The notes under the pieces were generated by a model. The model worked only from the letters and a program-made list of their open reading frames with translations, searched no databases and was not told where the DNA came from. A DNA stretch of 55,543 nt from positions 154,827 to 210,369 of the IMG/VR virus record IMGVR_UViG_3300022719_000284; one strand, written 5' to 3'. The number at the start of each line of letters is the position of its first letter. Positions within the stretch are counted from its first letter, which is position 1. This stretch comes from a virus (Duplodnaviria; Heunggongvirae; Uroviricota; Caudoviricetes). This document shows positions 31,622 through 41,647 of this stretch, one piece after another. The position numbers were made by a program, and so were the translations under genes.

Positions 31622-32853
31622 TGGCTTTTCTTACCGAATCGGATGACATCCCACGAATACTAACTCGCGGAACTACACAAGTCTTTCGCGTGGGGTTCTT
31701 TACTGACGGTTCCAAAACCACCCCGTTGATTCCAAAAGATCCACTTCAATACCCATCCTATGAAATCAGAGACCCTAACGGAGTAACTGTTCAAAATGGG
31801 GTCCTGCAACCAGACGGGGGGATTGGAGAGTATGCTACTAGCTGGACTGTACCCAATGATGCTATGCTTTCTAATCCAAACAACAGATACCAGTTCAACG
31901 CCTTCATCATAACTAACACAAACGAACAATCAGAAATTACTCACGAATTTGATGTTCAAGATGATGTAGTCACCGCTACCGAAGATAGAAGCCAAAGTCA
32001 TATAACCTTAGCGGGTTGCGAATACAGAGCAATGATCAGATGCACCGAGAGGATAGATCTAGACAATCATGGTTCCCTCAAACTTCAAGTCATATTAGGT
32101 AACACAGCTAACGCAAATGGATATGTGCCGATAGGACCACAAGGAACCACAACTACAGTAACACTAGAAAATGGGCAAATTACAGAAGTGGCCAACGGAG
32201 ATAGCTTCATTTACTATTACGATATTCCAGAAGGAGTTTTGAATACATCTAACTGTCAATACATAGCTCTTTGGACCATAAGACAGAATATTGCCTCTGC
32301 CGAAGAAAAACAATTTACTCTTATACGAACTGTAGACGGTCAAATATTAAACATGACCGTTCAACTTAGACAATTAATTGATAAATTCCAAAAACAAAGA
32401 GGAAGGGTTCAAGCCTATGAAGATTCTGATTTAGTTGAATATCTAGACAGAGGGCTTGAAATAATTAATATCGCTCATCCTATTACAAATTGGACTATGC
32501 CATTTATTGCAGGTTCACAGTTCTCAGCTTTTGTGTTGCTGGGAGCAGCATGGTACGGTCTAAATGCTCAATATCTCATGGAAGTCGATCTTGGATTTGC
32601 ATTCTCTGGACAGACTGTTACTCTAGATTATGACCATGCTCCAATGCTGGCAGAAGCTATAAATAGATTCCGAGATTATTTGGATGAGGCCGTAACTCCT
32701 GCCAAAGTAGGCTTTATCCGGGCTACCAGCTCTGTCGGAACTTTTGCAGGAAAACCAATGGGCTTTAGAGCTTTACATAGATTCACCTTCCCAATTCAAA
32801 GCTTCCAGTCAGGTGATATAATTCAAACCCTCAGTAATATTGGAATATTGTAA
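31621..32853 (+). CDS. Putative head-tail adaptor with N-terminal Ig-like domains
   Basis: Ig-like N-terminus; helical C-terminus (DSDLVEYLDRGLEIIN...GQTVTLD) resembles adaptor proteins. Confidence 0.5.
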   Translation: MAFLTESDDIPRILTRGTTQVFRVGFFTDGSKTTPLIPKDPLQYPSYEIRDPNGVTVQNGVLQPDGGIGEYATSWTVPNDAMLSNPNNRYQFNAFIITNTNEQSEITHEFDVQDDVVTATEDRSQSHITLAGCEYRAMIRCTERIDLDNHGSLKLQVILGNTANANGYVPIGPQGTTTTVTLENGQITEVANGDSFIYYYDIPEGVLNTSNCQYIALWTIRQNIASAEEKQFTLIRTVDGQILNMTVQLRQLIDKFQKQRGRVQAYEDSDLVEYLDRGLEIINIAHPITNWTMPFIAGSQFSAFVLLGAAWYGLNAQYLMEVDLGFAFSGQTVTLDYDHAPMLAEAINRFRDYLDEAVTPAKVGFIRATSSVGTFAGKPMGFRALHRFTFPIQSFQSGDIIQTLSNIGIL

Positions 32854-32917
32854 ACTACCTTATCTCTCTTATGTGGCCTCAGTCTAGGTTACATCTCACT
32901 TCGAAGGAGACAACAAA

Positions 32918-33127
32918 ATGGAATGGCTTGCTAGCAATGCAGAGACCATTACTCTTATCTGGGCAGCCGTAGTTTCTGTACTAGAGGTAGTAAAGAGAGT
33001 GGTCCCTGGAACCAAAGATGATAACATCATAGTGAAAATTACAGATCTTGGAGGTAAGATTCTAACTCTCGGTATATCCAGCCTGCTCCCAAATCAGGAT
33101 GGGGTCAAGAAAACCACCGAGCAGTAG
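32918..33127 (+). CDS. Small membrane protein, possible holin
   Basis: 69 aa with a hydrophobic helix; strong RBS. Confidence 0.4.
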   Translation: MEWLASNAETITLIWAAVVSVLEVVKRVVPGTKDDNIIVKITDLGGKILTLGISSLLPNQDGVKKTTEQ

Positions 33128-33147
33128 AGTTTTTCTTTCCCCAATTC

Positions 33148-33184
33148 GAGCCAGTCAGAGGATACTCTTCTGGCTGGCTCTTTT
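33148..33184 (+). terminator. Rho-independent terminator
   Basis: gagccagtcaga...tctggctggctc followed by TTTT. Confidence 0.7.
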
Positions 33185-33199
33185 GCTCTGGAGCTGATA

Positions 33200-34957
33200 A
33201 TGGCGAGAGAAATTACTCTAGCAGCGCATTATAACGTAGATTCTAATACAATTAGAGTTAAACTCTATGTTACTGATCCATGCGATGAATTTTTTCACCC
33301 TAAAGACGTTTCTTCAGGGGTGTTACAACTATTCAACGTGTTCAACATGCCACAATCTGGTCTGCAAGAGATACCACTTGAAAAAGTATTATTTAACAAA
33401 GAACACGCAAATCAAGATGGATTTTTTAATATATTCTTTGTAAATCCTTCAATTAACACCAACTTAGAAGTTAGAGCAATTTTAGAAATATCAGGACAAG
33501 GAACCACTACTGCTTCCACTGTTGTTCTCCCAGAAGCCGGTACCTACAGCGATACTCCTCAGCATTCTGTAATTGGTAACGCTAAAAATCGCTCCTGGCA
33601 TTTGGATCCTGAGAAAGAGAGAGATGAGCCCTACCAAGATATAGCCCCCCACACTCCGATAGAGTTAGGTGAAAACCAAACAGTAACTATTGATGAGGTG
33701 GTAAATTCTATAAACGTAGACATTAAGTTTGAAGAACTAGCAGAAAAGAAATCCTCAGATATCTTAGACGGTCAATTGATATACATTGGTGGAGGGGGTA
33801 GATTACTTCCAAGAACTGGAGTGTTAATCTTTCAAAACGTAGATGTTCCCGCCTGGGAGCTAGGTGCATCAACTTTTACAGAAAAAGGATCTACACAAGT
33901 TTTACCAAATAACACTTACGAGAATAATAGTCCTGTAAGCTGTGGTGCTGGAAACTTTCCCGTAGGGTACACTATGGATTCTCCGGGAATAAAAATAGTA
34001 AAAAGTACCATGCTTAAACTTCAAGGGGAAGGATTTGACGCAAAAGCATGGGAACTTCAAGTCAACGGGTCCAGCCCACCTGATATATCCCCGTTTACAG
34101 TAGCTTCTATAGGTCTAGAGAGCCCAATACCGTTCGACACTACTAAGCCCATCGCTTTGTCTCTTCTAGCTGGGCTAGAAAAGAATGACCCAGAATCAGA
34201 TATTACCGAAGCTAAACTAGTTATACAATTCTTCGACTATGCTGACAGAGAACTTCCATCCATCACTAAAATTCTTGACCCTATAGATTTATTTAACGCT
34301 AGACCATTACGACCATTCAGTGTACAAGCACAACCTTCACAATACCCGGCAACTACAGAAAAATTTACTTGGAGGCTCGAAATAGGGTCACTGGAACGAG
34401 GAGACTATATAACAGTTAAAACTGCTCTACCCAGTGTAACTTATACCCCCTTTGCCACTAGCCAAGTTATAACAGGAAAAACTAGAGTATCTGACAATCT
34501 AAGTTATTCCCCAGATACACCATTCAACTTAGTCGAGGGAGCAGCATTTTTCAACATAGCTATTGGATTTGAAGACTCTCCTACAGAAACCAAGTACATA
34601 TTCGACACCAGGGATTCCATTACCTTAGACAAAGGGGTTGCACTTAGAGTAAACGCAAACGGAACACTTACCCTTCTAGTTTCCGATCAAAACACAACAG
34701 AAGAAGCTACAACATCGACACCATTTTCATGGACTTCTGGAAAGGTTTCAGAAATTGTTGCCGAATGGAGTAGCTTAACTCCACTATTGCGAATAACTGT
34801 AGATGGTGATACTCTTGTGGAAGATACAACAACCGCTCTTCCGTCAAATTTAGATGAGCTAGAAATATCTAATATACAATTGGGATCAGATGCACAGATC
34901 CAAGGAAGCTTAGATTCTGAATTTATACGTGCTATATTCATGAAAAGGCCCAGATGA
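33200..34957 (+). CDS. Putative structural protein with C-terminal LamG-like beta sandwich
   Basis: Beta-rich 585 aa; C-terminal pattern (IFDT...ALRV...LTLLV...RITVDG...IQLGS). Confidence 0.5.
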   Translation: MAREITLAAHYNVDSNTIRVKLYVTDPCDEFFHPKDVSSGVLQLFNVFNMPQSGLQEIPLEKVLFNKEHANQDGFFNIFFVNPSINTNLEVRAILEISGQGTTTASTVVLPEAGTYSDTPQHSVIGNAKNRSWHLDPEKERDEPYQDIAPHTPIELGENQTVTIDEVVNSINVDIKFEELAEKKSSDILDGQLIYIGGGGRLLPRTGVLIFQNVDVPAWELGASTFTEKGSTQVLPNNTYENNSPVSCGAGNFPVGYTMDSPGIKIVKSTMLKLQGEGFDAKAWELQVNGSSPPDISPFTVASIGLESPIPFDTTKPIALSLLAGLEKNDPESDITEAKLVIQFFDYADRELPSITKILDPIDLFNARPLRPFSVQAQPSQYPATTEKFTWRLEIGSLERGDYITVKTALPSVTYTPFATSQVITGKTRVSDNLSYSPDTPFNLVEGAAFFNIAIGFEDSPTETKYIFDTRDSITLDKGVALRVNANGTLTLLVSDQNTTEEATTSTPFSWTSGKVSEIVAEWSSLTPLLRITVDGDTLVEDTTTALPSNLDELEISNIQLGSDAQIQGSLDSEFIRAIFMKRPR

Positions 34958-37900
34958 AAGTAGAGGCAACTAAAGATGCTATGGTGCAGGCATTTGCACG
35001 AGCCGTAGAGCAAGAGGGCGGAAAAGCTCTACTTGTGGGTGGACTAGTGCGAGATGAGCTTCTTGGGCTGCCTTCTAAAGATTACGATTTCGAGGTTTTT
35101 GGATTAGATCAAGAAAAATTGAAAGAAATCCTATCTCGTTTTGGAAACGTAAAAGAGGTAGGTAAGCAATTCGGAGTTCTACATATTCAAGAATTAGACT
35201 GGGATATTGCTCTTCCTAGAAGAGAAAAGAAAGTGAGAGAAGGGCACAAAGGTTTTGATGTGGTGCCAGACCCGTCCATGACGATAGAAGAAGCCGCTAA
35301 GCGTAGAGATCTTACAATAAACGCTTTAAGCAAGGATCCGCTAACTGGGGAAATAATTGATCCCCTTGGGGGAATAGCAGATCTTAAACAAGGTATTTTA
35401 CGGATGGCAGATCCCAACACGTTCGGGGACGACCCGTTACGAGCCCTCAGGACGGCCCAGTTCGCCGCCCGTTTCAATTTCGATGTGGACCCCGAAACCC
35501 TAGAGGTTGTAGCAGCACAGCCTATTGAGGAGCTTCCTGGGGAGAGAATTTTACCTGAATTCTCTAAAATGCTACTTAAAGGTAAAAAACCATCCAAAGG
35601 TATAGAAGTTCTACGAAGGGCCAATTTGTTACGATATTTTCCGGAAATAGAAAATCTACAAGGAGTCCCACAAGATCCGGAGCACCACCCCGAGGGGGAT
35701 GTGTATGTTCACACATTAATGGTGATAGATGAAGCAGCTAAACAAAAAAGAGGGAACCCAGACTTTGATTTGCCACTCATGTTTGGGGCTCTAGCACACG
35801 ACTTCGGAAAACCAGATAATACTCAAGAAGAAAATGGAAGAATTCGCGCCCTAGGGCATGAAGAAGGGGGTTGGGAGCCAACTGTAAATTTCTTGAAAAG
35901 GATGAAAGCCCCTAATGATCTGATAAAACAGGTAGCTACATTAGTAGTAACTCACCTAAGACCCCAGCTTATGCCAGAAAGGGCAGGAAGAAAAGGGTAC
36001 AGAAAACTAGGGCGCTTACTTGAATCAGCTAATGTCAGTCCCGAACTTTTGGCCTCGGTGTCGAAAGCAGATACTCTAGGTAGAACTACAGAAAAAGCTA
36101 TACGAAAAGACACCAGATTAGCTGATAAATTTCTAATAGAGTTTCATGAGCATGTAACTAATACAATAGAGCCGGGACAAAAAAAATTAACTGATGTAGT
36201 AACAGGAAAGGACCTAATTGCTAGAGGGATGAAACCTGGGCCTGACATGGGTAAGTTTTTAAAGCTTACTCGTGCCATTGAAGACGAAACAGGTCTAAAA
36301 GATCCAGACAAGATAATAGATTTGGCTACTCGTTTTTTAGATAGCCGCCAGGAGGGGGGCGGTTCTCCTAAGAAAGATGAACTAGAGTGTGGGGATTCCC
36401 ATATTAGACCAGGGGAAGAATGTTATGACGGGGAATACAGAGAAGCAAGAAATAAGGGCTTAACAAAAAGCAGCCAGGGGCCCAGCGAATTCCGCACACA
36501 CCCGAATCCTAATGAGCCCGATTGGGTTCTATGGCACGAGTTTGATTGGCCATGGAAGGATGATATGAAGGTAAAACACCCAGGTCTTGCTACAGCAGAA
36601 CCACAAAGGCAACATGAAAGATCTATAACATATCAACCAAGATGGTTTAACGCGGGTACTCCAAGATCTAAGAGGTCAGAGCGTGGCAAAGGAAGTAGAG
36701 ACGGATTCAGTGGACTGTTTCCATACATACCAGAAGAACATGAACATGCTGGACCTCCCACTATACCAGAAGATATTACTAATTGGGAAAGTGTAATTCC
36801 AGAACCTCCGAACCCTCTTCTATCTTTTAACTGGGATTCAGAACCTACAGTACAAGACATAGGACCGGAATGGAGGGATGAATTCCCAAATGCTGACCAG
36901 TTTCCAGCTACACATTACCCTGCTGATAAAGGTGCCGGTTTTCTACCAGTTGAGTTACCTATTCCTCAGGTTCTAGAGGGGCCTAGTATCGACCCTCACC
37001 CATCCCCTATGAGGGCAACGGATAGCCCACCACAATCTAGCCACCCTGGTCAGTTTACTAGATACCCAGGAGGAGGCGGATTAGACCGCGCTCCAATGAT
37101 TCGCCCCCAAGGAAAGAAAAAACCTAGTGGATTTCTTCCTGTGCAAAACATGCCAAACCCATCTAGAAATATGTTCAAAGCCGCAATTGATATACCTGAT
37201 TCAGATTTTGATCAATACGACCTAAAAAGAGGGATAACCGATGAACAGGAAGAAAACGGACTAGAACCTAAAGATGCTAAAGAAATAGTAAAGGAAAAGA
37301 TCAAAACAGACCCAGACTTCTATGAGAGAAAACCTAGAAATGAATTGGATAACATGCCTTGGAAAAACAAAGGACAGGAGCCAGCCCCAGGAACTGAAAC
37401 CGTAGAAGGGACACCAAAATACGGAAGAGGCGGTGGTGGTAACGGAGGATATATAACCAAAGAAAAACATGGCCCCGGAGGTGGTGATGACAATAGTCGG
37501 GAATATTGGGATATGGACTTCACTGGCAAAAAACCTGGATTTATGTCAATAGACCCCCCTAAAGAAAACGTATACAAAGCAGAGGCAGCCAGAACAAGGG
37601 AAGACCTTGATGACCTTGATGTCATTTTCCCCAAAGATTATAATCCTGATTGGGGAATTAAAAACAAACCCGAAGTGGGGCCAAATACAAAGCACAGAAA
37701 TGAAAGACATGTCGCCCCAGACCCCATACAAGCAGACGACGACATACATCAAAAACAAACTCAGACTCTAGTTCCTAACCAAAAGCTTTCTATAGCTGTT
37801 AACCCAAGGGGTAAAGCGGGAGAACGAATAATAATGATGTCTCCATTATTTGAAGAAGTTTCCCCAGCTATACAAGCTTTGCGAAGTCAAAGATTTGAAG

Positions 37901-38076
37901 ATCACGGGGCTGTAGTTGTTGATGGGCCCCCTATGTGGCTTTTGGGCTTAGGACCTAAGTTGGAGGCCCTTGATAAAAGCCACTCCTCAAGCTCAGAGGA
38001 TCTTTGGCAAGAAATATTAAAGCTTGTAGGAAAATCCGGTCTGACCGTAGATTACACACAGAAGCCCAGAATTTAG
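34954..38076 (+). CDS. cca: CCA tRNA nucleotidyltransferase/HD phosphohydrolase fused to about 580 aa low-complexity tail
   Basis: VGGLVRD, DYDFEV, RRDLTINA, DDPLRALR, HHPEGDV and HDFGKP motifs. Confidence 0.9.
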   Translation: MKVEATKDAMVQAFARAVEQEGGKALLVGGLVRDELLGLPSKDYDFEVFGLDQEKLKEILSRFGNVKEVGKQFGVLHIQELDWDIALPRREKKVREGHKGFDVVPDPSMTIEEAAKRRDLTINALSKDPLTGEIIDPLGGIADLKQGILRMADPNTFGDDPLRALRTAQFAARFNFDVDPETLEVVAAQPIEELPGERILPEFSKMLLKGKKPSKGIEVLRRANLLRYFPEIENLQGVPQDPEHHPEGDVYVHTLMVIDEAAKQKRGNPDFDLPLMFGALAHDFGKPDNTQEENGRIRALGHEEGGWEPTVNFLKRMKAPNDLIKQVATLVVTHLRPQLMPERAGRKGYRKLGRLLESANVSPELLASVSKADTLGRTTEKAIRKDTRLADKFLIEFHEHVTNTIEPGQKKLTDVVTGKDLIARGMKPGPDMGKFLKLTRAIEDETGLKDPDKIIDLATRFLDSRQEGGGSPKKDELECGDSHIRPGEECYDGEYREARNKGLTKSSQGPSEFRTHPNPNEPDWVLWHEFDWPWKDDMKVKHPGLATAEPQRQHERSITYQPRWFNAGTPRSKRSERGKGSRDGFSGLFPYIPEEHEHAGPPTIPEDITNWESVIPEPPNPLLSFNWDSEPTVQDIGPEWRDEFPNADQFPATHYPADKGAGFLPVELPIPQVLEGPSIDPHPSPMRATDSPPQSSHPGQFTRYPGGGGLDRAPMIRPQGKKKPSGFLPVQNMPNPSRNMFKAAIDIPDSDFDQYDLKRGITDEQEENGLEPKDAKEIVKEKIKTDPDFYERKPRNELDNMPWKNKGQEPAPGTETVEGTPKYGRGGGGNGGYITKEKHGPGGGDDNSREYWDMDFTGKKPGFMSIDPPKENVYKAEAARTREDLDDLDVIFPKDYNPDWGIKNKPEVGPNTKHRNERHVAPDPIQADDDIHQKQTQTLVPNQKLSIAVNPRGKAGERIIMMSPLFEEVSPAIQALRSQRFEDHGAVVVDGPPMWLLGLGPKLEALDKSHSSSSEDLWQEILKLVGKSGLTVDYTQKPRI

Positions 38077-38096
38077 TTTCCCATTATCTCATTTAC

Positions 38097-38690
38097 ATGA
38101 GATTTCTTAATTGGCTATTCAGATTCTTAACCAAGAGAGAAGAACCACCAGCTCCTAATATAGAGGAAAATAGTCAAAAGGAACCCAAGATGGATAAATT
38201 TGACAGAGCTATGAAATTTGTATTTCGTTGGGAAGGCGGCTACGTAAATCACAAGTCCGACCCAGGAGGCGAGACTAATTTCGGAATATCGAAGAGGTCT
38301 CACCCGAACGTAGACATCAAAAACCTCACCGAAGAGGGAGCGAAAGAAATATATCGAGATAGATATTGGAACAAGATAAAAGGAAACGAACTTCCCGAAC
38401 TAATATCTATAGCCGTTATGGACTACGCAGTAAATTCAGGAGTGGAAAGAAGCTCAATAGCTCTACAAAATATTGTAGGCTCCAAAGCAGATGGAGCAAT
38501 TGGACCAAATACTATAAAAAAAGTGAAAGAAGCTGTATCGAAAAAAAGCGATAAGAAAATTGCTCAAGAAATAGTTCTAGCTAGATCTGATTTTCTTTCA
38601 GATATAGTCAAACGAAGTCCAGATATGTCTGCGTTTCTAAAAGGGTGGATGAGACGAACTCATTCATGTTTAATAGAAATTAGTTCATAA
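38097..38690 (+). CDS. Glycoside hydrolase family 108 lysozyme (start 38097 or 38190)
   Basis: EGGYVNH..DPGGETNFGIS motif, DYAVNSG and GW.RR peptidoglycan-binding tail. Confidence 0.9.
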   Translation: MRFLNWLFRFLTKREEPPAPNIEENSQKEPKMDKFDRAMKFVFRWEGGYVNHKSDPGGETNFGISKRSHPNVDIKNLTEEGAKEIYRDRYWNKIKGNELPELISIAVMDYAVNSGVERSSIALQNIVGSKADGAIGPNTIKKVKEAVSKKSDKKIAQEIVLARSDFLSDIVKRSPDMSAFLKGWMRRTHSCLIEISS

Positions 38691-39093
38691 TATCAGCTAT
38701 TCGTCTCATGATATCGGAAGTGTGTACTTTAGAGCCACTACTTATTACCATAGTTTTTTTCACTAGATCCCTTCCGATAATGTTCTTAACGTCGTAATCG
38801 CCACCTTTTACCAGTATATCAGGTCCTATTTCTTTTATTAGCTCATAAGGTGTATCTTCGTCAAAGATTTGAACCTCATCCACACTCCTCAGGGCCATTA
38901 GCTGCTCATATCTCCATTGCTCGTTATTGATAGGGCATCTTCCTTTGATCCTTTGAAAACTCTTATCAGAGTTAAGTCCGACAATAAGTATGTCACCCTT
39001 AGCTTTCGCTGAGGCTAAGTATCTTATGTGACCGACATGTAATATATCAAAACACCCATTAGTGAATACTATTCGTTCTTTTTTTCGTGACAT
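38680..39093 (-). CDS. RfaE-domain-II/HldC-like heptose-1-phosphate adenylyltransferase
   Basis: VFTNGCFDILHVGH, VGLNSD.S and LVKGGDY motifs. Confidence 0.88.
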   Translation of the reverse strand: MSRKKERIVFTNGCFDILHVGHIRYLASAKAKGDILIVGLNSDKSFQRIKGRCPINNEQWRYEQLMALRSVDEVQIFDEDTPYELIKEIGPDILVKGGDYDVKNIIGRDLVKKTMVISSGSKVHTSDIMRRIADIMN

Positions 39094-39114
39094 AATCTTA
39101 TATAGATACTGTCT

Positions 39115-39510
39115 CTATATCCCATATTGAGAAAAACCATTGAGTCTTTTCGTAAATTTTGTACGCTCTCTTCTAAGAAACTGATACATAACAAGAAACC
39201 CTACAAGTAAAAGAAGTATCCCACTTGGCTCGGGGACGGGAGCAATTCCGTAATTGTTATCAGTATTAAAGGAGTAACCTACCGAAACATCGGTGTTCAA
39301 GTCAAGATTGGTTTCCTCATTTTCGCCGTTTCTCTTAGTGTTCAACCAGTAAGACCAAAAAGAAGGAAAAGAAAAATGATTAAACCCACCATCAAAAACA
39401 ATATCTAAATCATTGCCTTCAGTATTCTTACCAAAATTAAAAAAGCTGGACATAACATGAATCCTTTCAATGGGTAAAGTGTAAGACCTACTGGTTTTAC
39501 CTTTAGTCAA
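39115..39510 (-). CDS. PEP-CTERM sorting-domain protein lacking an evident signal peptide
   Basis: APVPEPSGILLLLVGFLVMYQFLRRER C-terminus. Confidence 0.7.
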   Translation of the reverse strand: MTKGKTSRSYTLPIERIHVMSSFFNFGKNTEGNDLDIVFDGGFNHFSFPSFWSYWLNTKRNGENEETNLDLNTDVSVGYSFNTDNNYGIAPVPEPSGILLLLVGFLVMYQFLRRERTKFTKRLNGFSQYGI

Positions 39511-39756
39511 CCTAATTAAGGTAGACTAAAGCTATCAAAGAACATAATCATTACCTTTGAAGGAAAGCCTCAAAACACAAAAATTAACACGGAAAACAAA
39601 AAGAAAGGAGCTGAAATTCTAGTCCCGGAAAACAATCACAATATTGCCATCAAGAAGGGCAAGAAAAAGGCACTGCACCCAACAGCCTATCTAGATTTAG
39701 AGTGCTCTCTATGCACCTCGCGTTTCCAGAGAACAGAACGCTCGCATCGTAAATCC

Positions 39757-40785
39757 ATGAAGTTACAGGGTCAGATTTTGTGCAGGAGGTGCTCTAGTTC
39801 CCTGGCAGTTAAAAAGAGGTGGGAGGCAAAATCAGAAGATGTTTCAATTGATTGTTCCTTTTGCCTGAAAACATTCAAGGTCAAGTATGCAGACAGGGAT
39901 AGAGAATTTTGTTCAAAAAGTTGCTCTAGTCGAGGGGCCATTAAAGCGAGCCCCAGAAAGAATACGTCTACATGCGTAGTGTGCAATACAGAGTTTGAGC
40001 ATTACGGTAGTCGCATTTTATGCGGACGAAAATGTCAGGCGAAGTATATGTCCAAGACTAGGATAGGCGAAGGCAACCCAGACTTTATAGAGAACAAGGA
40101 AATAGTGTCCTGTGAAAACTGCGGCAAAAAGACTTCTTTATCTCGCTGTGGGGTGGCAAAGGGACACAAAGAGATATTCTGCTCTCGCTCTTGTTGTTCT
40201 AAATTTTTTGTCAAAAATAAGGTAGAATTTCGCAAGACAAGAAACCTTGTGCTGGAAAGAGATTCATACACTTGTTGCCTGTGTGGAAAACAAAAAACAG
40301 AACTTGAGCACTCTTTAGAGGTTCACCACATTGACTACAACAGGCATAACAACCACGATGACAATCTAATATCTTTGTGCAATCGCTGCCACCTACTAAC
40401 TAATTACGAACGCACCATGTGGCAAATATTGTTTGGGGCTGTTCTCTCCGGCTCTAAACTGGTTTCCAAGGGGTGGGGTATAGAAGTATGGATAACCAAT
40501 ACACCAGAATACTGCTTGAAATACTTGATATTCTTCGCAGGTAAGAAGTTTTCCATACACAGCCACAAATTGAAAAAAGAGCTTTGGCATTGCTTGCTAG
40601 GTAAGTTCGACTGCACTGTAAGTGCAGGCGGTGTAACAGAAAAGTTCACCTTATCTTCCGGTGATAAAATAGAGCTAGACAGGGGAACAATTCACCAACT
40701 GTCTGCCGTCAAAAATTCCTTCCTAGTTGAAGTATCTACCAGACATTACGACGAAGACTCGTACCGAATCCAGAAGGGAGACTGA
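39757..40785 (+). CDS. Zn-finger/HNH endonuclease fused in frame to a cupin; true start probably upstream (ATT at 39616?)
   Basis: Repeated CxxC...FCSxxC units, HHIDYN...NLISLC..CH, then KGWG.E.W...EYC.K.L...S.H.H cupin motif. Confidence 0.75.
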   Translation: MKLQGQILCRRCSSSLAVKKRWEAKSEDVSIDCSFCLKTFKVKYADRDREFCSKSCSSRGAIKASPRKNTSTCVVCNTEFEHYGSRILCGRKCQAKYMSKTRIGEGNPDFIENKEIVSCENCGKKTSLSRCGVAKGHKEIFCSRSCCSKFFVKNKVEFRKTRNLVLERDSYTCCLCGKQKTELEHSLEVHHIDYNRHNNHDDNLISLCNRCHLLTNYERTMWQILFGAVLSGSKLVSKGWGIEVWITNTPEYCLKYLIFFAGKKFSIHSHKLKKELWHCLLGKFDCTVSAGGVTEKFTLSSGDKIELDRGTIHQLSAVKNSFLVEVSTRHYDEDSYRIQKGD

Positions 40786-41153
40786 TGAATAACCGCTACA
40801 CAGACTGCCCCGAATGCGGGCACCACAGGAGCACCCACAGCGAAGAAGAGGTTCCCTTCCCTTGTAATTACGTGTTTATACAGGGCCCTATGTCGGGTAA
40901 AGAAGTCTGCCAATGCCAAATGACGCAGGTGCAGATCGACAAACACATTGCCTCGTTTGATGATCGAACGTGTATTTTGTGTGGTCTGGGGGGTGTGAAG
41001 ATACAGAACGGCAGCGGTTGGTCACACAAAAATATGCACGAATGTCTTCGTGTCATGGGCGAGAAAATCAAAAATATGGAACGAGAGATGTTTTCACGCA
41101 TAGCTGCCATAAGATACCAGAAGGAGCGAAAAATGGCTGACACCAATAAATAG
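40785..41153 (+). CDS. Small Cys/His-rich protein
   Basis: CPECGH...H...C...CQC motif. Confidence 0.6.
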   Translation: MNNRYTDCPECGHHRSTHSEEEVPFPCNYVFIQGPMSGKEVCQCQMTQVQIDKHIASFDDRTCILCGLGGVKIQNGSGWSHKNMHECLRVMGEKIKNMEREMFSRIAAIRYQKERKMADTNK

Positions 41154-41214
41154 AAAGACTACTTCCGGCTAGCAAAGGCAAGAATTTTCAATCTCTTCTA
41201 ACCTACCCAATCTC

Positions 41215-41496
41215 CTATTCAGACGGGTGCTCCCACTCATGATCGAATATACTTGCACAGTGGATAGCACTGCACTTGGCCCCATCCTCTAGTGTCAGAG
41301 ACTTGTCTACAACATAAGTAGGCCAACGATCAGACACGAAGTCATGCAACTTCATGGGAAGCCACCACCCCAGAAACCAAAAAAAGCTACGTGTCGGAAC
41401 TCTGTCTTCTTCGATCTCAGTAACCCGAAGATGCTTGAAACGACAATCGCAAATCACATCTCCAACCTTCAACTGTAGCATTTCTTCATGAGTCAT
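41215..41496 (-). CDS. Hypothetical protein
   Basis: ORF with RBS AAGGAG. Confidence 0.6.
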   Translation of the reverse strand: MTHEEMLQLKVGDVICDCRFKHLRVTEIEEDRVPTRSFFWFLGWWLPMKLHDFVSDRWPTYVVDKSLTLEDGAKCSAIHCASIFDHEWEHPSE

Positions 41497-41647
41497 CGTG
41501 TGATCTCCTTATTGCACTGAGTGTGGTTTTGCTTCGCCCATTGATGTGCCTTAAAAGAATCCTCTGGCGCTGCCTACCAGCGTTGCAGTGGCAAAATCAG
41601 CCTTCCGATTTTTCCGTAAGAATCTTCGTACAAGAGCACACCCCTGT

